A DNA stretch of 52,256 nucleotides from Candidatus Woesearchaeota archaeon (lineage in GTDB: Archaea; Nanobdellota; Nanobdellia; Woesearchaeales; GW2011-AR9). Below are positions 17,404 to 27,279 of the stretch, in pieces. Location of the stretch: assembly GCA_016185725.1 (NCBI GenBank), contig JACPNA010000020.1:1-52256 (forward strand), read 5' to 3'. Below the pieces are notes generated by a model. It made no database searches and had not been told where the DNA came from. It saw only the letters and a list, made by a program, of their open reading frames with translations. Every line of letters starts with the position of its first letter. The first letter of the stretch is position 1. A program made the position numbers and the translations under genes.

Positions 17404-18228
17404 ATGCCAAAAAGAATTGAATCGCCATCGTCAATTAATACGTTTAAGCAGTGCAAGAGGAAGTATTATTATCAATATCTTAAGAAATTGCCTACTATTG
17501 CTAATATACATCAAGTTAGAGGTAATATTGCTCATTCTATATTGGAAAATTTCTATAATATTGATATAAGCCAGTTTAATGAAGAAAATTATGCTTTTAA
17601 AGTAAGGGAAAGCGTACAAAAATTATTTGTCCATTATTGGAATGATTATAAGAAGAAATTGCAGGAATTGAATCTGAATAAGGATCAAGAAAGATTTTAT
17701 TTTGAAGAAACGATGCTAATGATATTAAATTGGGCTAATCATTTTATTGAGGATTGGAGTGATATTATGAGGAAAAAAAATGTTTCTCTGCAGGAAGCTT
17801 TTTTATTATTGACGCCAATAAGAGAGCTAGAATTGAAATCAGAAAAATATTCTGTTAAAGGGTTTATAGATGCGATCCATCATCGTGATGAGGAAGTACA
17901 TATCTTGGATTATAAAACTAATTCTAGTTTTGAATTTAAAGAGAGTATAATTTTACAATTATCCATTTATTCTTTGTTGTATAAAGAAGTGCAGGGAAAA
18001 TTGCCAGCAAAAGTGGGGATTTTCTTTTTACGGCATAAAGTTAAATGGATGAATGTGGATGAAACGTTATTGGATTTGGCGAAGAGAGAAATTGAATTTA
18101 TTCATAACCATACTTCTTGTTTTGAAGAAATTGAACATTATCCTAAAACTATAACACCTCTCTGTAAATGGAGTAGTGGACAATGTGATTTTTATGATCA
18201 TTGCAAACCGCACCAGAAATCAACCTAG
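17404..18228 (+). CDS. PD-(D/E)XK nuclease, solo Cas4/RecB-like
   Basis: SPSSINTFKQC, GNIAH, GFID, DYKT, QLSIY; one N-terminal and three C-terminal Cys (Fe-S-like). Confidence 0.85.
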   Translation: MPKRIESPSSINTFKQCKRKYYYQYLKKLPTIANIHQVRGNIAHSILENFYNIDISQFNEENYAFKVRESVQKLFVHYWNDYKKKLQELNLNKDQERFYFEETMLMILNWANHFIEDWSDIMRKKNVSLQEAFLLLTPIRELELKSEKYSVKGFIDAIHHRDEEVHILDYKTNSSFEFKESIILQLSIYSLLYKEVQGKLPAKVGIFFLRHKVKWMNVDETLLDLAKREIEFIHNHTSCFEEIEHYPKTITPLCKWSSGQCDFYDHCKPHQKST

Positions 18229-18268
18229 TTTTTCAGATTTTCTTAGATTATCCTATTTATTATATTTA

Positions 18269-19153
18269 TTATATTCCTAAGGCTGTGCTGCTGGCTTGGA
18301 TTATCTGATGATATATGCCTACATTATCTAGAACCCATGTTTCTACTGCGGCGCCGAGAACGAGGAAAACTAAAGCGACGAAGAGGAGATATAAATTAAA
18401 ACTAAATACTTCAAAAAAACGCTCAGAAGCGAATTCTTCCAGTAAGACGTCTTTGGATATGACGGAGCCAGAAATGGCGGCAAGGAAATAGGAAATAGCT
18501 TCTAACATCATATGAGGGAAAACGATAAGCATGATGAGTAGAAAGAGGTATAACGGATGTTGTCCTGCAAATTCTGCGGCACTGCGGGCAGTTAGACCAA
18601 AAATAGTGCCCCAGACAGAGGCATTCCAGGTGATTAAAAAAATAGCACCATCACCCGTTAACAACGCCATGATAAAACAAGCAATGAGGACAAGAAAGTT
18701 ATTGCTTAATAGACTAAAAAATAGATCACTGGTAAATTCACCAATAGAAACGGCATTGCCGGCAAATCCTTGCCCAAGACGTATTTCTAATTGTTCGCGA
18801 AATAGATTGTTTGATTGTAAACTGGGAAGAAGGATTGTACCCAAGGAATAAACAAGAATAATGCCCAGGAAGAGGAAAACATAAATGCGCACGACTTCAA
18901 TGTCATCTTTCCAAAGTTCACCAAATGTTATTTTCTTTTCAATACTTTCTTTGCGTTCTTCGATGGCAAAGATTTTGTACATCTCGGGAAGTAATAGCAT
19001 AGAAGTTAAGGCAACAGCAACTAGAGCAGGATCGCTAGGAAATAGGATAGAAGCTAAAAGTAATCCGACAATGGAGTAAATTATTCCTAAAATAAAGGCG
19101 TAACGACCTTTTTGTTCAAGCCAATCTTCGGGGAAAATGTGTTCTAAGACCAT
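18269..19153 (-). CDS. SpoIIM/DUF95-family membrane protein
   Basis: Multi-TM; LSNN..V, WNASVWG, FPHMMLE, AAVET. Confidence 0.8.
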   Translation of the reverse strand: MVLEHIFPEDWLEQKGRYAFILGIIYSIVGLLLASILFPSDPALVAVALTSMLLLPEMYKIFAIEERKESIEKKITFGELWKDDIEVVRIYVFLFLGIILVYSLGTILLPSLQSNNLFREQLEIRLGQGFAGNAVSIGEFTSDLFFSLLSNNFLVLIACFIMALLTGDGAIFLITWNASVWGTIFGLTARSAAEFAGQHPLYLFLLIMLIVFPHMMLEAISYFLAAISGSVISKDVLLEEFASERFFEVFSFNLYLLFVALVFLVLGAAVETWVLDNVGIYHQIIQASSTALGI

Positions 19154-19286
19154 AAATAACCTCTTTTTAAGTAAGGATTATTTTTGGATTTATATATGTT
19201 ACGGCAAGAAAATGGTATAAAAATTACATAAGATTTAATAATTGGAATTCGTTTTGAAGTAAATACAGCTTTTAGGAGGTATTAAT

Positions 19287-19841
19287 ATGGTCACATGGAC
19301 AATTATTGGAGCTATTGGTTTAGCAGTGGTAGTATTATTTGTTATTTGGATTTATAATAGTTTGGTTAAGTTGAAATTAAGAGTGGAAAATGCATGGTCA
19401 CAGATTGATGTGCAGTTGAAGAGAAGGTATGATTTGATTCCTAATTTAATTGAGGCAGTTAAAGGGTATATGAAGCATGAGAAGGGAGTTTTAGAAAGTG
19501 TGACTAAAGCACGAACAGCGTTATTGGGTGGCAGTACTGCGGATAAGGCTAAGGCGTCTGATCAAATTTCTGGGGCGTTAAAATCCATTTTTGCGGTGGC
19601 AGAGGATTATCCAAAATTACAGGCAAGTGAGAATTTTAAACAATTACAAGAAGAATTATCCGGAACAGAAAGTAAAATTGCCTATGCCCGCCAGTTTTAT
19701 AATGATGCGGTGATGGATTTTAATCAAGCACGGCAAGTTTTTCCAAAAAATATCTTTGCGACATTGTTTGGGTATACGGCAAAAGAATTTTTTGGGGTGG
19801 AAAAGAAAGAACGCGAGAATGTAAAGGTTAAATTTGATTAA
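19287..19841 (+). CDS. lemA: LemA family protein
   Basis: YNSLV..AWSQIDVQLKRRYDLIPNL, YPKLQAS, ARQFYN. Confidence 0.95.
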   Translation: MVTWTIIGAIGLAVVVLFVIWIYNSLVKLKLRVENAWSQIDVQLKRRYDLIPNLIEAVKGYMKHEKGVLESVTKARTALLGGSTADKAKASDQISGALKSIFAVAEDYPKLQASENFKQLQEELSGTESKIAYARQFYNDAVMDFNQARQVFPKNIFATLFGYTAKEFFGVEKKERENVKVKFD

Positions 19842-19859
19842 ATTTTTTTATTTTTTACA

Positions 19860-20759
19860 ATGAGTTTTTACGAAGAAATTGCTGCAAATAAGAGAAGAAC
19901 AGTATTATTAATATTCTTTTTTTTAGTGTTTATCATATTTATAGGGTTAGTGTTAGGAGTATATTGGGGTAATGCGTATGGGGGATTAATTTTAGCAATA
20001 ATTGGAGGAGGGATATATTTCTTGATTAGTTATTATAGCGGAGATAGTATGATTCTGACAATGACGGGGGCGAAGGAAGCGAAGAAGCCGGAGTATACGC
20101 AGTTAATTAATGTAGTGGAAGGATTAATGATTGCGGCGGGACTGGGAAGGATGCCAAAAGTTTATGTTATTGAGGATACGGCGTTAAATGCGTTTGCTAC
20201 GGGAAGGAATCCGGAAAATTCTTCAATAGCAGTCACTACCGGTTTATTGAAAAAGTTGAATAAATTGGAGTTAGAAGGAGTTATTGCGCATGAGATGTCA
20301 CATATTAAGAATTATGATATTCGGGTAATGATGTTAGCTTCCGTGATGGTGGGTTTATCTTTATTATTATCAGATTTTTTATTACGGAGTTTTTTATGGG
20401 GCAGAGGAGATAACGACCGGGATAGTGGACAGTTAACAATTGTATTTATTGTTTTAGGATTAGTGTTGGCGATACTAGCTCCGTTGATTGGGGAGCTGAT
20501 GAAGTTAGCGATATCACGTAAGCGGGAGTTTTTGGCGGATGCGTCAGGAGCGATGTTGACACGATATCCGAAAGGGTTAGCGGATGCGTTACGTAAGATT
20601 AAGAATGATCCTGATCCTTTGGTCGATAGAGCGAATAGAGCAACGGCGCATTTATTTATTTCTTCACCGTTTAGAAAAGAAAAAAAATCTTTTATGAAAA
20701 ATTTGTTTAGTACGCACCCAGATATTGATGAACGAATTAAGAAATTGGATGAGATGTGA
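19860..20759 (+). CDS. htpX: HtpX-like M48 zinc metalloprotease
   Basis: NAFATG, HEMSH, SRKREFLAD, FSTHP; usual lemA neighbour. Confidence 0.93.
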   Translation: MSFYEEIAANKRRTVLLIFFFLVFIIFIGLVLGVYWGNAYGGLILAIIGGGIYFLISYYSGDSMILTMTGAKEAKKPEYTQLINVVEGLMIAAGLGRMPKVYVIEDTALNAFATGRNPENSSIAVTTGLLKKLNKLELEGVIAHEMSHIKNYDIRVMMLASVMVGLSLLLSDFLLRSFLWGRGDNDRDSGQLTIVFIVLGLVLAILAPLIGELMKLAISRKREFLADASGAMLTRYPKGLADALRKIKNDPDPLVDRANRATAHLFISSPFRKEKKSFMKNLFSTHPDIDERIKKLDEM

Positions 20760-20763
20760 TGTG

Positions 20764-21051
20764 TTATACTCCAGAGGCTAATTGTTTCATGATTTGATGG
20801 CTGAGGTATAATAATATTAAACCAACTAAAATGCCGGAAAGGTCGGAAAAAAGGAGGTTTTTAGGGAACCAATAGCTGTGAATTAAATCCCAGATGCCAC
20901 GCCAAACAAAGATAATGCTTAGGGTAATTATTATGGCAAAGATTACTTGATGGTGTTTTTTTAGATAGATAAATTGATGAAAAATGAGGCGTTCTTCTTG
21001 TTTGATTTCCTGTTCTAGATTTTTTTCAAACTTAGGAAGTTTTTTTTTCAT
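20764..21051 (-). CDS. Small two-TM hypothetical protein
   Basis: WRGIW motif between hydrophobic segments. Confidence 0.65.
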   Translation of the reverse strand: MKKKLPKFEKNLEQEIKQEERLIFHQFIYLKKHHQVIFAIIITLSIIFVWRGIWDLIHSYWFPKNLLFSDLSGILVGLILLYLSHQIMKQLASGV

Positions 21052-21087
21052 GGGTATTGGAGAAAATTGGGGAAAATATAAAGTTAT

Positions 21088-22434
21088 CTATATCCTTTTT
21101 ATTTCTTGCAAGCTTTTCTTAAAAAATTCTTTACGTTCTTTTATGGCAGTTGGTGAAGAACCGCCGTGCCAGGTAAAACGAGGACGCATTTGTACTGGAA
21201 AGAGGCGTTCATTAGCATCATCAAAGATAACGGCAGCGCCTTTGACTTTAGGTAGAATGTCTAGTTCTGCATCCAAGCCTTTACGCATATAGCTCTGCAT
21301 TAATTGGGCTAAGGAATCGGTATCAATTTTCGCAGTTAAGCGATGAGATATAACTGTATCGGCTTGGGTCATAACATCAGTATTAATTTTTGCAGGTTGT
21401 TGGGTGGCGAGAATTAATGATATACCGGGTTGACGACCTTCGCGGAGGATAGTAACCAAAGCGTCGGTTGCGGCGGTTTTACCTTCGCGAGGGAGAAATT
21501 CGTGGGCTTCATCTAAAGCAAGCCAGACTAAAGGTTCTTGCATTTTTTGTTCGATGTCTTTAGAAAAATAATGCATAGCGGCATCGACGGTTTTGAATTC
21601 TTCAGCTTTACGGGCAAGCATACGTTGATTAAACAAATTTCGTGAAATTAAACCTATTACGAGAGATTTTATTTCCCAACCGGAAGCAATAGTGGCATAG
21701 GGGCTTAAATCTAGTATGGTAACTTGACCGGGAGCAATGATATCTTTTAAAGGAGTTCCTTCTTGAGAAAAGATTTCCCACCCTTTAGCTTTTTCGAATT
21801 GGTTGATGATGATATGTTTTATGACGTTATCGCTTTCTTGATCATTCTTTGCTTCATTGATGAGGTCGTCCATGGAATAAATTGCCACTATTTTCTGTAA
21901 TTTTTGGATTATTCTTGTGATTAGAACACCATCGGCAGAGTTGGGGTTAATAGAGAAGGCAGTACACCAATCTTCCGGATTAACATCACTCGGTTGAATG
22001 GAGAAAGGGAAATCGGTAGGGATCCCTTCTTCTTTAAATTGAGCATAGAATCCGGAAGGGGTATATATTTTGACATCCAATCCTTTGGGATCAAAACCCC
22101 ATTCTTTAGTTAAATCGGCATCTTGAAAGTTGGGATATTTCATAGTCCAATAAATACCCATGGTATCGAGTAAGATTATGGAAAGGTTTTGTTTGATTTC
22201 CGTAGGTAAATCGGATAAGCCTTCGGCGATTGCTCCCAAACTGTAGGACTTGCCACTGCCCCTCTTACCGACGATAAGAACAACGTGTGAACCAGCAACG
22301 TCAAAGTAAACGGGATTGCTGAGAGAAGTGGTTTGACCCATCTGGATATATTGTTTCGCTAAAAGTATTGTTCCTTCTTTGCCGTATTTTTCTACGTCTT
22401 TACGAGAACGGCCAATGATTACATCAAACACCAT
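21088..22434 (-). CDS. HerA/VirB4-like P-loop ATPase (DUF87), no HAS-barrel
   Basis: Walker A GKRGSGKS, Walker B DEAH, REGR arginine finger, ATQQP. Confidence 0.88.
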   Translation of the reverse strand: MVFDVIIGRSRKDVEKYGKEGTILLAKQYIQMGQTTSLSNPVYFDVAGSHVVLIVGKRGSGKSYSLGAIAEGLSDLPTEIKQNLSIILLDTMGIYWTMKYPNFQDADLTKEWGFDPKGLDVKIYTPSGFYAQFKEEGIPTDFPFSIQPSDVNPEDWCTAFSINPNSADGVLITRIIQKLQKIVAIYSMDDLINEAKNDQESDNVIKHIIINQFEKAKGWEIFSQEGTPLKDIIAPGQVTILDLSPYATIASGWEIKSLVIGLISRNLFNQRMLARKAEEFKTVDAAMHYFSKDIEQKMQEPLVWLALDEAHEFLPREGKTAATDALVTILREGRQPGISLILATQQPAKINTDVMTQADTVISHRLTAKIDTDSLAQLMQSYMRKGLDAELDILPKVKGAAVIFDDANERLFPVQMRPRFTWHGGSSPTAIKERKEFFKKSLQEIKRI

Positions 22435-22514
22435 AAAAGGATAGAATTAATTGATGGTTAAAAAAGTATCGAAAAATAAAATGAAAAAAAACTAAATTAA
22501 TAAGCAAAATAAAA

Positions 22515-23459
22515 TTACAAGTCTTTCAAGACATTTCTTGGATGTTTGCCTTTGAATAAAAGATCATACAACCCTCGGATTAAGGGTAATTCCAGGTGAT
22601 ACTTTTCGGCAAACTTTTCGGCAACTTTAATTGTAGTTATACCTTCAGCGACCATCTTCATCTCAACTAAGACTTCATCGAGATTACGACCTTTGCCTAT
22701 TTCTAAACCGACAAATCTATTTCGCGAATGGGCACTGGTACAAGTAACGATTATATCACCAACGCCGGCAAGACCATAAAATGTTTCTTTCTTGGCACCC
22801 ATGGCTAAGCCAATTGTTTTAATTTCATTTAATCCTTTGGTCATGACGTAGGCTTTGGCGTTATCGCCAAGGTTCATTCCGTCAAGAACTCCAATAAATA
22901 CAGCTAAAATATTTTTGAGGGCGGCAGAGACTTGCAACCCAATGATATCGGAACTTAATTCTACTTTTAAATTGTCGCTCGCAAACACTTTTTTTAACTT
23001 TTTTTTATTTTTGCCGCCAGCTAAAACTATGCCACTAAACAATCCTTGACCTACTTCTTCAGCATGGGTTGGACCATATAAACAATAAACTTCACCATTA
23101 ATCTGTTCTTTTACTACATCACTTAATAATCTACCGTCAGCAGAAAATCCTTTAGAACAGATAATTATTGGTTGATTGTTGAGATAAGTTTTTGCGTTTT
23201 TTATGGTATTTTCTACCTTATCAGAAGGTACAACCAAAATAACTAGTTCAGTATTATGTAAAATTTCTTGTATATTAGAAGAAATGAAAATATTATTAGG
23301 GATGATAACATGGGGGAGTAATTTACATTTACGTTGAGTTTGCATTTCTTGGGCCTGTTCGATAAAAAATTCCCAGACTTTGATGGAATGTTTATTATTG
23401 GCGAGATGGACGGCTAAAGCGGTGCCCCAACTTCCTCCTCCTAAGATAGAAATGTTCAT
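22515..23459 (-). CDS. gpsA: NAD(P)H-dependent glycerol-3-phosphate dehydrogenase (bacterial type)
   Basis: GGGSWGTALA, SKG, GPTHAEEV, ALKN, GLAGVGD..TC, SRN, VAEG. Confidence 0.95.
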   Translation of the reverse strand: MNISILGGGSWGTALAVHLANNKHSIKVWEFFIEQAQEMQTQRKCKLLPHVIIPNNIFISSNIQEILHNTELVILVVPSDKVENTIKNAKTYLNNQPIIICSKGFSADGRLLSDVVKEQINGEVYCLYGPTHAEEVGQGLFSGIVLAGGKNKKKLKKVFASDNLKVELSSDIIGLQVSAALKNILAVFIGVLDGMNLGDNAKAYVMTKGLNEIKTIGLAMGAKKETFYGLAGVGDIIVTCTSAHSRNRFVGLEIGKGRNLDEVLVEMKMVAEGITTIKVAEKFAEKYHLELPLIRGLYDLLFKGKHPRNVLKDL

Positions 23460-23547
23460 GAGTTTTGTATTTAATAGTTAATTTAAATAGTTTATTAAAG
23501 AAAAATTGGAAAATTGGAGATTATTAATAAGAATTTAAAAAAAGTAA

Positions 23548-24345
23548 TTATTGAATTACTTCACTCTGGATCTCAAAATTTTCCGATAAAGTAACTTCTG
23601 ATAACATTACCGGAGAAGATAAGCGGGTAAAGGTGTGCTTTTCAATCTCTTTATCTTCACCGTTGACGGTGTCATAAATAATCTGAATCATGGGTAAACC
23701 ATAATAAGAGTTAAGCCATAATTCTTCTTTCTTGCCTTGAGCATTGGTATGTTCGATAATGATTGTTTGGTAATTATCGTAGGTCTGTTCGCCAATTTTT
23801 TTGGCGTCATATCCGATAGAATTGATTAAATCTGAAGGTGTTACGGCAACCTTTTCCAGGTCATAACTGATAGGGAAGGCTTTTTCCCAAACATTCTTAC
23901 AAGAAGAGGCACCCATGGAGCAGATGGCATAGCCTTCTTTCGTATTTACGTTGAAATAAATCTCATTATAGTAAACATTTAGGATATTGGATTTTCTAGT
24001 GGTAGTGTAATATTTCTTAACATTGGCTCCGTTAATAGAATATTCGTAAGAGTCGCCACTTGGAAGATCATAAACATATTTGTAAGAAGTTAGTTTTTTA
24101 CCTTTTTCAATTATTGGTTTAATATTCGCAGGGTAATCATTAGCTTCTTCTTGCGGTGGAACGATGGTTATTGTTGGTTTAGAATTGGATACAATCGGAG
24201 TTTCATCTGATGAAACTTCAGAGGAGGGAGTTGCTTTTTCTGTTGTTATTTCAGCTGGTTTTTCAGCTAATTGCGGTGAGCAGGAAATTAAAAATAAAAA
24301 CACCACAATTATGAGGGTTGTAGATGATAATTTTGTATAGTTCAT
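23548..24345 (-). CDS. Putative lipoprotein
   Basis: FLISC lipobox, low-complexity tether, beta-rich body (LolA-like fold possible, unverified). Confidence 0.65.
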   Translation of the reverse strand: MNYTKLSSTTLIIVVFLFLISCSPQLAEKPAEITTEKATPSSEVSSDETPIVSNSKPTITIVPPQEEANDYPANIKPIIEKGKKLTSYKYVYDLPSGDSYEYSINGANVKKYYTTTRKSNILNVYYNEIYFNVNTKEGYAICSMGASSCKNVWEKAFPISYDLEKVAVTPSDLINSIGYDAKKIGEQTYDNYQTIIIEHTNAQGKKEELWLNSYYGLPMIQIIYDTVNGEDKEIEKHTFTRLSSPVMLSEVTLSENFEIQSEVIQ

Positions 24346-24431
24346 AGGGAATTAAAAATATAAGCTATATTTAAACCTATCGCTTTTAACCTCTATATTG
24401 TATTTTATTGCTGTTGTGTTAGGGGGAATAT

Positions 24432-25295
24432 TTACTTGACCAAATTAAGCTTAAATTGCTGTTTGAATTCGTAATCGTAAGTGAAACTTAAACTTAAAGA
24501 ACTAGCGTAAGAGTTTTGTTCTTTGATGAAGGTTTTACAGCGTAGAGTGGCTTGTTGTTTTTCGTTAGTCATTTTGATTAGCTTTTGCGTAATTACATTC
24601 TCTCCTAAAAATTCGCATTCCATTTCTTCGCCGCCTAAGTTAGAAGTGATTAAATGTACAGTATTGACTTTACCGCGGCCTTTATTAGCAAGATTAACGC
24701 GGAATTCTACTAGACCGCCCGTACCGGAGGGGTAGGTTATTTCTTCTATTCCATCAACAGCCAAAGGACCGCCTTGACCGCCATAGGATTTTTTATCTTG
24801 TACTTTACAACCAGCATCATTAATGGAATATAAGTTAGGATTTAAACAAATGGTATCGGCAAATTCTATTTTAGATTGGTAAGAGGCTTTAACAATATAA
24901 TTTCCAGTGTAATATTGGGCATTTTGAAATAATTTATTAGAGACGCCGTCAAATTCTAAGAATTGTTTATCACCAATTGGGCTGTTAAGACTTTTCCCAT
25001 ACATGGTGGGAATTTTTTGTTCGTAAACATTTAATAAGAAATATTTATCATCTAAACCTACGATATTCACGGCAAGATTGTTGATGTCGTAAGCGGCTTT
25101 ATTGTCGGCTTCTAAAATAAGTTTAAAATTAGATTCGGGATAAATTTTATCAGGAGGTGCATTAGGCAACATACGGAAATTGAGTTCGGAAACTCCCTGT
25201 TTAAAGTTATACGTTGGACTAGTGATATTTGGTGAAGAGGTACAACCTATCAAAAACAAAAGAATTATTGCTGTTAATATTATTATTATTTTCAT
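24432..25295 (-). CDS. Putative lipoprotein, beta-rich
   Basis: FLIGC lipobox; NKGRGKV and C-terminal YDY motif. Confidence 0.65.
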   Translation of the reverse strand: MKIIIILTAIILLFLIGCTSSPNITSPTYNFKQGVSELNFRMLPNAPPDKIYPESNFKLILEADNKAAYDINNLAVNIVGLDDKYFLLNVYEQKIPTMYGKSLNSPIGDKQFLEFDGVSNKLFQNAQYYTGNYIVKASYQSKIEFADTICLNPNLYSINDAGCKVQDKKSYGGQGGPLAVDGIEEITYPSGTGGLVEFRVNLANKGRGKVNTVHLITSNLGGEEMECEFLGENVITQKLIKMTNEKQQATLRCKTFIKEQNSYASSLSLSFTYDYEFKQQFKLNLVK

Positions 25296-25303
25296 GGTGT
25301 AAT

Positions 25304-27133
25304 TTAGCTTAGTTCTAAAGTTTTAACGGTCATGGAAATTTCTTTACGCACTAAATAATCATATTCTACCGCACCTTCAAATTCGCGATATTGATATTCT
25401 TTAAGGTTTTTGAAATTATCAGGGAGATTAATGATACAAGTAGATAAAGGAATTTGTTCTATGAAAGAAGTTTTTAGTGGGGGTAAAGTTACGGAAGTGC
25501 CGCTTAAACAATTTTCATCGCCACTTTTAACACTAAAGCCAAGACTATCTAGTTCAGCATTATTCATGGTAAATTTATAATTTTTAATAGCGATTATTTT
25601 TCCTTTGCCGGGATTACGCAATACTGAGGAAAAAATGATCATAGATGTTGGTTCTACGATAGGATTATCTACGGGATTACCAAAGGCAAAGTCAACACGG
25701 GATAAATCTTCTGCCCCTTGAGACCATTGATTGTTGCTATTAAAATACGTGCTAAGAATTTCTTTTTTCATTTCTTCATTCTGGGAATAATCTTTAATTT
25801 CTGGTATAAAAGCACGTTGTAAACGGGAGACGCTCTTTAAACCTTTAATTTTTGCTTCGTAAACAATATTAAAAGTGCCTTTGAAAGTGTTAGGACCTTG
25901 ACAGACAATGGTTCTACGAATAGTTTCTCCGCCAACACTTTTTTCTAGAGAATTGCCTAAGATTTTAGCTTCGATATTTTTATCGCCTTGGACAAAGGAA
26001 CAGGAAAATTCTAAATCAATAATTTGTTTACGGGGATTGTTAATTTTAAATTCAATTTGTTGGAGAATGGGCTTGCCCGGTTCGGTGAAAGCATTTTTAG
26101 TAGAAAATTTTGTTTCAATAAATTCGGCTTTTGTTGGCTGGCTGATGGTGGGATCATTTGTTCCGCCAACTAATACAGAAGCGGCTTCTTTCTTTTTCTT
26201 TTCGCGCTGGTCATTAACGCATTTGGCGAAATCTTCTGTTCCTTCTTGTTTCTTTTCTTGTTTTTTACAAATGTTGTTTAGTTCGGAATCTTCTTGGCGC
26301 TTATTGACACAGCCTTGAAAGTTTTCGAATTCGGTAATACACGCTAAATTGGAAACAAAGGGGTTTTCTTTCCCGGAAATTTGCGATTGGACTTTCTCTT
26401 GAGCGGCGAGAAATTGTTCGGCTCCGGGCAGGGTTGATTTTATTTCTGTATATCCTACACTGGGGATTAACCCGATAACTAAGATTACTATCACGTATAG
26501 TATACCTACTGCTTTGAAGAATGATAAAAGATTGCTTTGTTTTTGCGAAGTGAATAATCCCAATAATGCCCACCAGGGAATAAATAAAATCAAGCTTTGA
26601 GTTAAATCAGTTAAAGGAAGATTGAATTTTGTTGTGAGTAGGCTAATTAATCCTATGTCTAAAAAGAAAATTATAATGGGAATAGCGCCAGCCTTTAATT
26701 CGTCACCTACATTACGTTCTTTATTAATAAGCTTATAATAAATAAATAAGGTCGAAAGACTGATTATGCCAAAATACAGGGCAAATGTTTGGTCGGTTCG
26801 GGCGCCAAAATAAATATACCAAGTCCAAAATAAAATAATTAAAAGTATTCCTTTGCGCTGGAAAATTAAAAGGCTGGAATAACACATTAAGATTGTTCCC
26901 ATGATTATTTTTGCGGCGGGATTAAGATAAATATTCAGAAGCCAAACAGCTAAACCAATAAAGAATAAGATGAATCCATAATCAGTAATGGTTTCAACAA
27001 CGTCAGCTTTAACGGCGGAACCGGCAACTCTAGCGGCGGGAAAATATGTTTTGCTAGTGCCAGAACCAACGTTTTTCTTAGTTGTAGCACTGGTCTTATC
27101 GATTGCACTTGTAAAAAAATCGCTTATACCCAT
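25304..27133 (-). CDS. Multi-TM membrane protein with large extracellular domain
   Basis: About 6-7 N-terminal TMs; Cys-containing ectodomain; NPGKGKI and terminal YDY similar to 24432-25295. Confidence 0.7.
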   Translation of the reverse strand: MGISDFFTSAIDKTSATTKKNVGSGTSKTYFPAARVAGSAVKADVVETITDYGFILFFIGLAVWLLNIYLNPAAKIIMGTILMCYSSLLIFQRKGILLIILFWTWYIYFGARTDQTFALYFGIISLSTLFIYYKLINKERNVGDELKAGAIPIIIFFLDIGLISLLTTKFNLPLTDLTQSLILFIPWWALLGLFTSQKQSNLLSFFKAVGILYVIVILVIGLIPSVGYTEIKSTLPGAEQFLAAQEKVQSQISGKENPFVSNLACITEFENFQGCVNKRQEDSELNNICKKQEKKQEGTEDFAKCVNDQREKKKKEAASVLVGGTNDPTISQPTKAEFIETKFSTKNAFTEPGKPILQQIEFKINNPRKQIIDLEFSCSFVQGDKNIEAKILGNSLEKSVGGETIRRTIVCQGPNTFKGTFNIVYEAKIKGLKSVSRLQRAFIPEIKDYSQNEEMKKEILSTYFNSNNQWSQGAEDLSRVDFAFGNPVDNPIVEPTSMIIFSSVLRNPGKGKIIAIKNYKFTMNNAELDSLGFSVKSGDENCLSGTSVTLPPLKTSFIEQIPLSTCIINLPDNFKNLKEYQYREFEGAVEYDYLVRKEISMTVKTLELS

Positions 27134-27200
27134 TATTTCCTCTTTTTTGTATATATTAGAATAAGAAAATTTCTATATATAAAAACCTTATCATCATTAA

Positions 27201-27254
27201 GGCTCTGTAGAAAATCTATGAAAAAGTAGCCGAGGCGACTTTTTCTACGGAGCC
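27201..27254. repeat. Intergenic inverted repeat (REP-like hairpin)
   Basis: GGCTCTGTAGAAAA/TTTTCTACGGAGCC 14-bp stem (one G-T) with inner GCC-GA-GGC. Confidence 0.7.
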
Positions 27255-27279
27255 CATCGTTAAAATAGTTGAAAGATAA

